From Stylophora pistillata (Eukaryota), in assembly GCF_002571385.2 (NCBI RefSeq), contig NW_019218608.1, forward strand, positions 1 to 64,000: a stretch of 64,000 nt of DNA. The letters run 5' to 3'. The notes beneath the pieces were generated by a model. It had not been told where the DNA came from. It saw only the letters and a list, made by a program, of their open reading frames with translations, and did not search any database. The translations under genes were made by a program, and so were the position numbers. Shown one piece after another: positions 49,690-63,493 of the stretch. Within the stretch, counting starts at the first letter, position 1; every line of letters starts with the position of its first letter.

Positions 49690-52600
49690 ACATGGCTCTA
49701 AGTGTGCAGGCGTTATTGCGGCTGAAGGAAACAATGGATTTTGTGGAGTTGGCCTGGCTTACAATGCTCGTATACGAGGGAAGAAAACTCTTGTTTATCT
49801 GTAGAAAAAGTGATTTCTAGTGACTAAATAGATAATAGATACTCTGCGCTTTCTCCCCATTGCCTTAGTCTCCATAGAATGATTCTTGGCTATGATGCTT
49901 ATTGAAAATTGGTATCTTAAAAATTGAATACCCCATTTGACAGACTTAAAAGAAAACTTTTTTGACATGAAGAGCTGACAAAAAACCCCGCAAACTTAAA
50001 ATCGTTATCATTGCTTGTATTTTAAGAACGTGTTCACGAGAAAACCGGGCGGGGGAAGATAAAGCCCAAATCATCGATTTGGCTTAAACTTGGCACAGAT
50101 GCTAAGTATCATGAGTTAACAAATATGTGAAATAATAGGTCAAAATATTTAATTTCCTGAGAGATATAGGGCCCCCCTTGCAACACCCTCAATTCCTAAA
50201 TTTTTTGCAATGCTCCTATAAGAGGCAAGAAAACTCATCTTCATCTGTAGAAAAAGTGATTTCTAGTGACTAAATAGATAATAGATACTCTGCGCTTTCT
50301 GCCCTTACATTGGTGCTGTTACAAACCGAAAACCCATCAGACCTTAAGAAAACTAAATTGTTCTAACCTTTTCATTTCATATCTTTCCTTACCTCTCCTC
50401 TAAGTATAGAAAAATTTTTCTGGTTTTGACAAAGTCCAAAAATAAGGGTATTTTAAGGCCCAATATCTCCGAAGACCAACCACTTCTGATCATTATTCCT
50501 ACCTGGGCAGTGAAAACTATCAACGGACTTCCAAAATCAGTAATAAAATTTTAATGGCATAAATATGAGTGAAGTTTGTCATAGAGAATGATAAATTCAG
50601 TCTTACTCTGAGATCAAGTCGCTGATTCTCAAAAAAAAAAAAAAACTCGTCAAAAAGTGCGATGAACCAATTAAAGTGCCGGAAATTGAATGAATTGTCA
50701 GCAAGAATTTATCGTTGAATGAAAGCAACGGCAGGAGAGACTGGTCAGAAAATATAAAGAAACCAATGGAAAATAACGATATGCAAGATAAAGGCACGAA
50801 CTATAAAGTGCTACTGAAGAATACTATAGTTTAGACGGAGAAAACTCCATTTTTCTGTCTAGTGTGTACCACTGCGCTCACGATCTGATTAATCTGTACG
50901 GGAAGTTTTTAAAGTTTGCATACCTAGGAAGCAGTATTTATGTCTTCCGGAAGAGTTTTTTGGAGAAATAAAGGTCATTTGTAGAGTTTTGATTAATCAT
51001 ATCTATTTCGATCGTGAGAACTTAACTTTAAATTCTTTAATAACTTTATTAGACCACACCACGACAAAAGGGGAAAAATCGAAAGACAACAACGTCAAGT
51101 CGTGCGCACTGATTCATACTTTGTCCAACTAATTTGTTTACTCGTGGTACACTATTTTCCTTCAACCAAATTTGTTTCTGTTGCCTCAGCTTGAGTTCAA
51201 ACTTCCATGGAGTCCTAGCTAAAATTTACAGAAAGAGCTTAAAACGCTTTAACTTGGCAAAACTATCAAATAAAAGCTGAAATTGTGGAGGGCAACCTGA
51301 GTTTCCATAAACCTTGAGTGTACATTCACTTTGCAAGTGGTTTTTGTTCTTGTCAGTAAATAATATTTTCTTTAATATTTAAATGAAAACTCAGGTAGTT
51401 TGACGCTACGATTTTCTTGAAGCAAAAAAATTAGAACCTAAATTTCCTTCTCGGCGAGCAGTTGGGATTCTAGTGGACTCGAATTTCTGAAGTTCTTTCA
51501 CTCTAACCGCGCATCGCAAAATAAAGGCATAAAACGGAGCAACCAGAAAAAATTAAACTGACTTTTAAATATCAGATTTGATAATGTTAGAAAAATAAAG
51601 TCTTTGTTGTTGTTTTTGGCGTTCAAAGTGTCCTCCTCGTTTCCTCCAAACCAAAAGCCTTATACAGAGATATATACGATAGATTCTTGACCAATTAGAG
51701 CGCACGTTGTGCCTAAGTTATGTCATAAATCAATATAAATTTCTCGAAGCGAATTGAAAACCTCAACTAGAAGCATTTTAATGACAAGAAAACGCATTAA
51801 ACTTCGATAGCACTTTATCGAAAGCCGCTTGACTTAAATCACACACTGATTCAAAGTACTAAACCGATTACAAATGATTCTCTCAGAGTAGCTTCTCTAA
51901 AGGATCAGTCTTTTCCGACATTAGGAGTACCCTCCCCATCTATTTATGGCAGAATTTGTACAGTTATTGACACTTTATAGCGCAACTAGGTAATTTAAAA
52001 AAGATGTTTGAACATTTACACAGCGTGACACTAGAAATGACTACAAATTTATTAATTTCCTGAAATATACTTTTTTTTTCATGATTGCTTCCCCCCCCCT
52101 TCTTTTTAATACCTCAGCACCATGCGTTCCTTCATGATGAACCCATATTAGTTTGCTATTTGCTCTTTCCTGGGGCACGATCCCTTAAAAGGCTGGCATG
52201 TTTATCGCAGACTAAACCTGACGAGGATTATTTACTTTAGGTATTCGACTGTTCGTGGATGACATGGCGCCTGACTGGAGAGAGGCTAAAGCTCTACGGT
52301 ACAATCGGCAATACATAGATATTTACTCTAACAGCTGGGGACCTGGCAGTAAGGGATTTGAAGTAAAGGGACCTGGATACCAAACTCAAAGAGCACTCAG
52401 AGACGGTGCGACGGAGGTAATTTTCATGATAATTATTACCATAATTATCACTCATCATTTTTTCTCTTAGATGAAGTGTGTTTTGACTTTTTAACGCAGG
52501 GTTTTAAAACTTCAATTTAGTTGCATATGACCTCAAATGGGGTGTTTTTTGTCTATGGACATATTTTTCTTTGGATTTATTGAGGGTCACTCATGCCCCT

Positions 52601-55600
52601 TTGTAAAACTCAGTCACGTAAAAATATTTGGCCTTTTTATGCACCAAGAATAATGGCGAAATTTGAGACGATCACGTTCCACATAAACGTAAAAAACCAA
52701 ATTGACCAGTTAATATTTTTACCTTTTCTAGTCTTGACCGGTCTTAAGTGACAAAAGATGACTTAATGTCGTATCTTGTCTGCTCAAGGAACCTTTATTG
52801 ATCCATATGAAGTCCATTTCCTGTTAACATCCTGGTCAAAACCTAACCCCAACCTTTCGAGAACCATACATACATTTTCAAAACCATGAAAAAGCTGGGA
52901 ATTCATCGGGAAAAACAAAATAGTTCTTGCATTACGTTTAATTCAGCTCTTCATTCACGGGTCACGTTTAAACAAAAAAAGTAGTTCACGTGGACATGAA
53001 AAATCTTATCATCTTTACTGAACCACGATTCACAGATAAAGAGGAAATCAAATTACGATTCCTGAGAAAACAATCGCCAATCATGCATCACGTAAAAGGT
53101 ACAGGAGACCTTCTGCAATTAAATATGGCCAAAACTTAAAAAACTTCCAACCCTTATGCAAACGTTCCTTTGCTGAAAAATTGCGCTTAAGCTTCACGCC
53201 TGAAGAAGAAGTACACGAATTTCGAATTTTGATAGTTCTTCCGCAAGAAACGTGCCGTATAGCCTGCAGTGTAGGCGTCCTATTTAGGGCACGTTAACGT
53301 AAAGAAGCGGGCGATCGTTTATTGAACCAGCATATTTAATTTGGAGTCAAAGTCGACGGTAGGGTGACGGTGGCGGGAAGGGGCGAGAAGACGCCTGCCC
53401 GAAGAGGCTGTTAAAAAGCAAAACGCCCCCTGATTAGTTGCGCGTCAATGCATTTCCGGAAATCCGCAGGTACCCAATCAAAAGAAGTAAATTTAAAAAC
53501 CAAAAGCATTGTCTTCTGACAAAAACAAACACACGTAGAGCTGATGAGTGAAACGGTGAAGCAGTTTTTTTGCTCAGGAAGGAAATGGCTTCTATCGGCC
53601 TTAAGAAACCTCCTTCGCCGTGGTCACAAATATGAGGTGATATTTGCTACACTCTATATTTTCCAAACGACAATCCATGTGTAGCTTCCATTAATCCATT
53701 TGAAGATTTTTCTTCCATTTGATCGTAAACGATACTCTGAAGCAAATAAACAACTGCACTAGAAGGTGTACGCGACATAATTTGGTTGATGCGAACCGGC
53801 ATATTTTGGTGAAACGGTGTTGTTGATTTTTTTTCGTCAACAAAAGAAATGCCTTCGCCAAAACTCTCCTGCTGACGAAAATACGAGGTGGTATTTGCCG
53901 CACTCTATATCCTCCAAACGACAATGCGACAATGAGCGTAGCTGACGTTAATCCCAAGGAAGATGCTTCTTCCATTTGATCGTAAATTATACTTCGAAGG
54001 GGAAAAATGACAACTACGTACGCACGAAGGTTTATCCGTCATGATTTCCAAAGCTAGTTGGGAACACTGCCTGTAGATTCTGTCCAGAAATCAGTGTAGA
54101 AATTGCTTTTTATTTTTCTGTTCTGATCTCAATGCGCGATACATACCAAATTCTCGACAGCGGAATCGAAGCTAACAACTTCACCATCAGCAGAGTTGTT
54201 TCTCTTTTTCCCGCAAGTGTGAAATGTTCAAATGACACATTTGGCTTGTGATTGACAGCTAAAGCTAAACCGTATCAATCAAAAACTTCGCGTGTGGGCG
54301 AATGGAGTTTTGCAAGATAACAATGAGTTTGGGCAGGCGTAATGTTCACTCCCCCCACCCCCACCCCAGCCCCTCTCCTTATTTTTGACTCTCACCCACC
54401 CTCTTAATACAAGTTTCATTAAAATCAAAGATGACGGCCATATTTCGTGAAGAAAATACTGGGAACTCGCTAGCCCTAATTACGCCTGCTCTGTGGGCAA
54501 CGTGTCGTATTGCCATAGTGTTTTCAAACTTTTACCGTGATGTTCACAACATTTTTCAGTGGCGAGTACCAACGTTTTTCTGAACGCAACGAATTAGCTT
54601 TTGTCGTCATACTTGTTGATCACCATACGCTTTAGTGATACGAATCGCAGTATGTTAATAGTTCAGCAAAATGTGCATACTTTTAAGGCCGCGATAAAAA
54701 AGGTTCCATTTTTGTCTTCGCTGCTGGAAATGGAGGAACTATAGCAAAAGACAGCTGTGCATACAATGGTTACGTTAACAGTATCTACACGATTGCTATC
54801 ACTGGATTATACAGAGCTGGATCAGTGCCTTCATATGGAGAGGGTTGTCCAGGAATTATGGCGGCAGCGTACAGCAGAAACACGTTCGGAGAAAGGAACC
54901 CGCTCGTGAGTAGTTTTACCGTATAAAGACAAATTCCTCCGATAAATTTTGAAGATGTTACTTGCAGTGCAGTTCTCTATTTTCGTCATAAAACTTGCAT
55001 CTATAATTCACTTTATCCAGCTTCGAGGAACTTAGCTATCAAAATTCATTCACTAAATTCATTGTAGCTCCCTTTTATCAGTTTTTTAGGTAGACTGAGA
55101 AAGACTTGGATCTATCTCATAACTGCTTTGCGCACATTTTTTGTCATACGTATGAATAAAATAATTATTATTGCTGCTATCATTTTTCTTTTTTTTTCTT
55201 GCTACTTTCGTGCTGCCCGCTGTTTCTTGATCGTATGTATGTACAGATGCTCTCTTTGTCAATGGGTATAAGGTTTTCCAGTATTTATATGATGGAGGAG
55301 AAAGTTATTCACTTGTGCTCAGACTCGACTTCCCTGGTTGTGGTTAACTTAGGTGAAATAAGAGAACGAAGAAATATTGAGTTTGTTCTTGATAGATAAA
55401 TGTGTAAAAGCTGGCCGGTGGTAAAGCAAATGTAAAATGACAGAAATCTACTGATGAAAGGGCAAGACTGTTCCCTAAGTGCTGGAGGGCTGTATTGTGA
55501 AGGAGATTCAGTCCAATTGGGCTTGAGTTTCTCCTTTCATATTGCAAACGAAATAAACCGATTAGCATGCATAAACTGAAACTTGAAAAAAGGAACAGCC

Positions 55601-58600
55601 CTTTATTACCTATGTCAAGTTATTTTTTAATAACAGAAGAACAGACTGAACACTTAAATTATGATAAATTGCCTCGCGGTAATTTTCATTACAGTAACAG
55701 GATGTATCGGGAGAATTTTACTTAATTCAGTTTCGTTCACTAGCAGAAGACTTACGTCCCGTTTGAAATATACGCTTTAGGTCACGGCAGGGGATGACGG
55801 ACAGTGTGAATACCAGTTTGGTGGAAGCTCTGCAGCAACCGCAATGGCGTCTGGAATAAGTGCATTGACACTTGAGGCAAAGTAAGTCGTAGACATTTTT
55901 ATGATTCCTCGTTTTTTCAAGAAGTAATGGCTGTTAACAGATCAAGCTATTATTAACGAAAAGAAAATTCCTTTCTCTTGTAATTTACAACAGAAGATCA
56001 TTTTTAGTTTTGTTCCTTTAAAGCTACTCGATCGTTTCACTCTTACATAACTTGTTTAATACCTGTATGTTGTTCGCCAGCCCGCAACTGACATGGCGCG
56101 ACATTCAGCACATCATCGCAAGGAGTGCAAGATTTCCTAAAATTCATAAGCCCCCTGTGAATGCAGCTGGCTTATCAGGTATGTAAGGTTGTCCTCTAAC
56201 TGTAGAAATTCCCAGGTATAAATACATTTCTAATAGTTTTAATACGAAACTAAATATGAAATGAAATTCGAATCGAGTAGAACATGGGTTATGTTAGGGT
56301 TGGGATTTATTCATTTTACTCTTTTAAAATTAATTTCATAATTTTGTGGGATAAGAGCTATTGAATTCAATCTTAGTGAACATTCACTTCATCACATCTT
56401 TCCAATGCTTTTTTGAAGTTTCTGGGAACGAAATAGAAGAAAATGGTGGGAGTTAGAGAAACGCATGCGTAAGCTCTCTTCTTTAAACCTACAAAGATAC
56501 TCTAGGTATTACCCAAAACAACTGCCATATCTTGATTTTAAAGGTTATTACTTCAGATTAGATTGGAACATATCAAGCATCCATTTCTCGTCCTTGATAG
56601 ACTGAAAAGTGTCAATTACCATTGTTTTCGTCCACGTTTCTGTTTTAGTCAGCAACTATATGGGATTCGGATTGATGGACGCGCTGAAAATGGTCACATA
56701 CGCAAAGAAATGGACAGGAGTACCAAATCAACAGAAGTGTGAGATATTTAGTTTCGTCGGGAACAGGAGGTTTGTATTTTTCACGAAAATTCAAATCGAT
56801 GAAGATGAGAGAGATTGACGCATGAATCACGAAAATTAATTACTTACACTCTATCAGTGTTGACTGACGACATTTACATATCAGGACCCCGACATCATTT
56901 TTGTAAAAACAAGATAATAATACTGACAAAAGACTCTTTATTCCAAGTATTCTTCATGTAAAGGTCCTAGTCAGCCACAAGAAAATGCGCGCTTAGTCCG
57001 CCTCTTTCTCTGCCATCTAAATTCATAAAATTTCCAGTCCATGGGTCAACCATCCAAGTGCATCCGAGCGATTAAGATATATCGAGGTCTTAAATTGACG
57101 TGGCAGTCTTCTAAAATGATCAGTAGTCTATTCTGGGTAGTTATTTTAGCGGCTTCTCGCACTTTTCTTGTGAAATTTTGTTTGCAACTGGGACTATCGA
57201 TGGCATCTTGCTTTTGTTCACATGGAAGGCCCAAAGCCGCGGAGAAGACGAAAACCCTCAGCTAGTGGAATGACATGAAGAATAGTCCTAGCATCAGAAG
57301 TGAAGCTACTAGCCAATTTGCATGGATTTTGCTGAATCAAAGTGTCGACAAGCTTCGTGCGAGGCGCAGGTCGCAAGGCAAACGACCAGTAAAAATGTTA
57401 AAACATTGACAGCCTTGCACGACTCCTGTCATTCGCAAGCTATTTTAAACTTCTGCCTTCACGATGTATTTCAATGGACTTTTTCTTTGGGATGTAATTA
57501 AATGCGTTGGTTTTGAAAAACTTGTCACTTGCCCATCAGTAAATGTTCTTCAGGTTAGGTAAAGACGGATCATACTGCGTTAAAAAAAGGCAATAGCTTT
57601 TCCTCTGTGTGCTATTTTCTTTGTTTATAAGTGACTCTTCTTTAAAGGAGCAGATAATTTCAGACATGTATTTCTCCCAAGCTTCGTCGGGTATCTTCTA
57701 TTCTCATTTTCAAGTGCATTTTGAATCTCTTCACGTTATTATGGAGCGTTGAGCGCGTCGGATATTTTCTGAGAATGCATCATGCTTCTTCTTTATTGAA
57801 TCTTTTCTTTACGTTTGGTGAAAACTGTTCACGGGCCAGCATGACTTCTACCAGGCGTTTAGTGTAATATGAATAATTTTGTCCGCAGTTGCCACATGTA
57901 AACAAAAACAGAGACGCGTTTGACTAAGATCCTTTAATGACTGACCGATTACTTACCTGATTCTCAGTTTTTATCACTGACTGTTGAATTACCTGTCGAG
58001 TTATCAATTTGGAGCTTAAAACTGACTATTAAATCAAGTGATATGTGCTTAAAGAAATCTGAGAATGAATTCATCAACGCACGGACAAACAGAACAAATA
58101 GCCCTTTCTGCACTCACTCAAACTTTAATCATGTCTTATGATCATCTTCTTTTTCCTCTTTTAGTGACGAACAGAAAACTTCTGAAAGAGATACGGTACA
58201 TACCTCAATGTCTTCAAAGTGCGGAAACATTCGCTTTTTGGAGCACGTCCAAGTTCGTGTCAACCTGGAGGTTTGGCCAAGAGGGGACCTCCTGCTAACT
58301 CTGGAATCACCGAGCAAAACGATATCTCGTCTTACACAACACAGGCCTATTGATAGATTTTGGGGCTATTCGAATAATCTCACTGACTGGACCATTTTAA
58401 CTTTACATCACTGGGGTGAAAATCCACAAGGCTTTTGGAAACTTAAGGCTGAATTAGGCAGCAGAGGTAAGAGGACATCTTCCATTATTTTCAGTTCACA
58501 GATTGAGAATTAAGTTTTACCATATTATTATATGTTTTACTATTGTCTTCTTTCTTTTTCTATACCTCGCGGCTGAGAGATACCTTTACTTGTCTAAGAA

Positions 58601-60670
58601 GCCGTGATCAATTGAATATTCAATCTCCGAAACCTTCTCTCTCGTTCGATTACTTTCTGTCCAACATATAGGAAGGTAGGACAAAATACAAATGTTCTTG
58701 TCCCTTAAAAAAATATCAGCTTTGGTTTTCCTCTCACTCAAGAATCAAGACTTATGGGATTACCAAGCTGGCATTAAGGATATTCATGCTATAAACTATA
58801 TTTGATAGGTCGCCTGTTTGATTGGACCCTGATACTATATGGAACATCAAGTGATCCACTTGAAAGAAATCAACATGTTATGAACGCTGCACTCCCAGTT
58901 CATCCAAATAATGGCCCATCTTTGACTGGTAAGAAGCAAATCTATTTCCTTTTTTTAAACGTGCCCGTAATCCTTTTAAAGTTCGCTTAACATTGATCTC
59001 CAAGTAGGAAAGGTTAAAATTTAAACGTCAGCACAAAGTGTCAACGGCAAACTGGATCCAAAATTTTAGATAGAAACAAAAACATTTTTAAGGATCAAAA
59101 ACGGTTTTTCTTTTTAATCTGTTTTTAACTTATTGAGGTCTTGTATATCAGTTATTTCGAGCGATCATTTTCCATGTTGGTATTCTAAGACAACATAACA
59201 AAAGAGTATATGTATGCAGGCATAAATATATTTGGGGCTCGACTAGATTCATTTTAGTCCAAGCCACCAGGCGATTCTTGAAATGAGCTCATAGAAGGGC
59301 CCAAATCATATTTATGCCCCAAAACATAAACTGTATTGCTGCTATTATTACTTTGGAGGGCACTGAGAGAAAAAAACTGGAAATATGAAAGCAAAAATGT
59401 CTCGAGTTTCTAAGTTTAATTGCTTTTATTTTCCTTCAATGGAAAAACACCGTTCAGCAAAGCTGCATAACAGATGAAAAGAGTAATCGATACCGCTCTT
59501 GAAACAAATCTATACAATTTTTTAAACTGACAGTCTGGCATAATGGGTTTAACGGAGTGCATCGGATCTGAAACCGCAAAACTTTCATGCACATCGCCAC
59601 CGGCCACGAAACTTTTACAGGCGTTATTTTCGGAAGCTTCTCTAGAAAGAAACAGACGACTAAGAATGTCCGAAAAAGTACGTTTCTGTACGGCTGAGCT
59701 ATCTTTCATGAAGGATGTCAAGCTTTAATGGCTTTTTTGCTTCGTTATGGTGCAAATTGCTTTGATTTCTTTTCTCAACACTGTAAGAAAATGGTGCGAA
59801 TGTAGCAATGACCTCTCGATTCTAATTGGCTGCTTTCATCGTATGATTCTTTGATTCTCACCTTTCACTGGTTAAAATCACGATTTTAGTCCTTAAAATA
59901 CGTCATAGTACCTGAAAGTAATAATGATGTGCACTCTATCGCGGGTGAGGAAAATAGGCTCGTATTTAATTTCTTACCGGCTTCTCTATTTTTTTTTTTT
60001 TTCGAGTTTTAATGCAGAGAGCGAAGTCGAGTATACAGTAAATCGGTTTCCTCCTTAGCCGCTATCGACCGTACAAAATCACGAAATAAAACAGTTACAG
60101 CGATTATGTATTCGCGAGCGAGAAACATTTCTGTACAATTTTGTAAAATATACCACGAATGTTGTCTTAGGGTAAATATTTCCAACGATAAATTTTCATA
60201 TAAGCTCTACGATAAAAAAGATAAAAAGAGAAATATGTAAGTGCACAGAGAATAAAATATGAAAAATTTACTTCCGATCATTTTCTAAAAAGTTTCTTGG
60301 AGAGATCGGTGGTAGCAGCCGATAATGGGCTCTTATGCGTGGTTGTTTCGAAGTCACTTTACTATATTCTCTCCAGTCCACCATCGGGTACTCACTTTGC
60401 TGATTCTCCGACGACATTGCGTTTGAAGTAAAAACACTGTAGATACCAAGGTGAAGGCCTAAAGCAATTGAGAACTGATTTTTTCTTGGAAAAAAATTTT
60501 TAACTGTGTGCCTCCTCTGCAGTCATAGGTTACGTTGGCTATATCGTTCAAGTTACCAGCAGATATTTTGTGAGGATGAGCACCAATACTCGGATAAAGT
60601 TAATTGGTGATTTAGGTCAAACAGATGAACACGAGCTAATATCTGGTGAAAAAGGATGGTCACATGGCAG
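49690..60670 (+). pseudogene. Kexin/furin-like proprotein convertase (peptidase S8 + P domain), copy B; 5' exons not seen; open frame but two splice-site lesions
   Basis: Exons: 49690-49778 (HGSKCAG), 52241-52416 (YSNSWGP), 54687-54905 (AAGNGG), 55781-55881 (GSSAAT), 56081-56178 (LTWRDIQH), 56649-56769 (GFGLMDA), 58165-58466 (LEHVQV..RGDL..HWGENP), 58809-58928 (WTLILYGT) and putative 60523-60670. Phases are mutually compatible. The donor at 49779 is GG and the acceptor at 54685-54686 is AA. Confidence 0.88.
59219..59318. repeat. Imperfect palindrome within an intronic repeat
   Basis: ggcataaatatatttggggctc pairs with gggcccaaatcatatttatgcc. Confidence 0.6.
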
Positions 60671-63442
60671 GTAAGAACTAAATGATAAACTCTTGACTTC
60701 TCCAGCGTTTTTGATGCACAACGTTTCGGTCTTCGGCCCTCTTCCGGCGGAACATTTTAAATTTACGAGTTAAAAAAATAAGAAAGTTTAACTTCCTAAA
60801 GAGCTTGGAAAGTCGCTGAGATTCAGAGTAGACCGGGAGGATGTACATTAACGTTCAGACATATACAATAAAAAAGAAAGGAAAAACAAGGCGCAAGCAG
60901 GAAAACGCATCACTCTTACAGAAATGTCTTAAATTACAAAGTGTACTATAATTACTGAGCCACTTAAAAAAATAAGATTATTCGATCTGAATTCGCGCCT
61001 TGAAATTTGAGTATTTACAAGTATGCGTTTCTTTTTAGTAAAATTAATTTTGAGAATTCTCGCGTTCAATACAATTGGAATGAACTGCCAGCTCATTGTT
61101 TTCTTATTGTTGAGAGTGGATGAGTTATGGTTACGAAACTGTACAGTTTTTCATTCAGTTGATATAAATCTTACATACCACAGTTATCATTTGTTACACG
61201 ATGGGATGTACATGTTCATCTTCGATTGATCTTGCATGTACGTCTGAGCCAAAGCTCTAACAACTAGAGTCGTGGATTAATAACTTCTTCCATAGGTCAG
61301 TTCTTGAAGAGCATTTAAAACCATCTCCTATTTCTCCCTTTCCCTGATTCAACTTCTCTCCATCTTGGAGCTCATCCTAGAGGTTCAGTGTGCGTTCCGA
61401 AACATTGCATGTATGCTCCGAATGAACCGATCTAACTTCAATGGTTGAATAAAGTGTTACGGGAAAATTGAGTGATTTTTCCCTGTGGATGTTGAAGCAT
61501 ATTTATTCGTTGTTTTCGGAAATTTAGCATTCACAATTCATGCGATTTTTTAAAAAGATAAAAGGCCACAGTAAATTTTGAATAGTCAAGTTAAATCGTA
61601 CAGCTGCATCTGCTTACTTTTGTTGTTCAATTCTAGTGGAAATTTAGGTAAATATAAATGTTGATGGTCTCTCTGACAAAATTAGTTCTCGTGGTAGTTG
61701 GCAGCTAAGTTTATACTCGAAATTTTAATTTCTTTTCATACGATAGTTTCCACATCTACCTTGCATAGATATGCAGAAACTTTTAATTACTTTTCCACTC
61801 TTATTTCCTAAGATGCGCTGCTGCAATGAAGATAAGTACATTTTCCATACCAGAGTTGTGAATTCTCTCCTAAGTTTACTATATTTAATGGCCTCGGGTT
61901 TATTGCATCCGTCCTTTTAATTTAGAATTCTTTCCGTCGTAGAAACAGTTGGGAACATTTAAGCAGTTTTCTTTTAACTTAAAAGAGATCTATGCCGCTT
62001 CTTTTGTTCTGCTGTTTAAATATGGTCGATTTGGATAACAATAGAACCTCGCACCAGTTCAATACTTAAGGAACCACTTCGTAAAGGTTTTCCAATTACA
62101 TCCTTAATTACAAACTTGTGTACGCTAGAGGTCACGTCGCTTGTTGGCCTGACCTTGAATAAAGTTTACTGTGGAACCGAACGCTGTCTCATCCTTGACG
62201 TCCGTATGAGCTCACTCGAAGTAGTTCTCCGTGTACCAGGAAATCGTGATGAGTTTCTGTTCTCGCTGCCGAGTGGTCTCTACCGGGTTATCTCCCTCAG
62301 CTATTGTTGTGCCGTCCGCGAAGGTTCAGTTTTTCCAGTTAGCACGCGAAAAACTATCGTCACAAAAAGAATTGATGTACTCGAAAAAACCCTCTCTGAC
62401 GCTTAAAGGAAACTACCTACAACGCAGTATCCAGACTGGCAATCGACTTATCGATAAATCCCACAACTAAACCAAAATAACTGCATGGGTTTTAGGGGCC
62501 CATTGCCGTTCCATGAAAATCGACAATTATTGGTTTGCGGGTAAAGCGAAGCTCGAGAATAACTGTAAGTTTCGAGGAACATGTAATGTCCAGCGGCAAA
62601 TATACTAGCATACTTTCGCTCAGCATGGGGGCTGTTGTGTTAATTTCCGTCAAATATTTTATTTTTACAGCGAGCGCGACGAAAAGTTTAAATTACGAGT
62701 AAGAAGTGTTCCACTGAGTTAATGTCTGCAAACCTTGAAGCTATAATTCTCGGCGTGCAGCGGAGAATGTTGCAAACATTCACGCTCAATTACTTCGTGT
62801 GGTTTCTCCGAAAGGCGGATAAAACCGATACTAAATTCTCACTGGTGAAAAAAATCGTATCAGCATTCTCATTGGTCAAACGGTTTTTTTTTATTAATGA
62901 GAAAAATAGTATGACCAATGGGACTACTTCTCATCAAAGAGAGATGATTCTTATTCGATGACTTTGCACTGAATAAATCTCAGTACACTTTCTATGTGCA
63001 ACTCTCTAAAGATAGCCGAGGATATGTATGTATATTCCCTATTATCAAGGAAGAGTGAACCCCTCTTCTTTTTATTAGAGAGTTGCACATAAAAAGTGTA
63101 CTGAGATTTATTCAGTGCAAACTCACCAAATAAAAATCGTCTCTCTTTGATGAGAAGTAGTCCCATTGGTCATAAGATTTTTTCTCATTAATAAAAAAAA
63201 CCGTTTTCTATCAAACCTTTCAACGGAAAAAAAGGTGTATATATTTCATACATATTTTTAAATTGCAACGTTTTCGAAAACAGGTGTATGTGTCTATACC
63301 TTCATACATACATATATACCTATATTGGTCATAAGATTTTTTCTCATTAATAAAAAAAAAACGTTTTCTATCAAACCTTTCAACGGAAAAAAAGGTGTAT
63401 ATATTTCATACATATTTTTAAATTGCTTGGCCCAGTGTCTGC

Positions 63443-63493
63443 ACTGCACTGATGAGATCCACATAGGTCGAAACAGTGTGCACTGTCTGCAGT
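63443..63493 (+). ncRNA. Type I hammerhead ribozyme (second retrozyme-like variant)
   Basis: actgca-CTGATGA-gatc cacata ggtc-GAAA-cagt gtgc actg-TC-tgcagt. Confidence 0.9.

Noticed and set aside
60715-60750. Degenerate hammerhead-like motif on the minus strand (cggaaga...gaccgaaacgt; paralogue ~4638-4668), possibly from an old PLE spanning ~60700-62100
   Set aside because: The core CUGA is mutated, stem II is mismatched, and no convincing RT motifs could be read.
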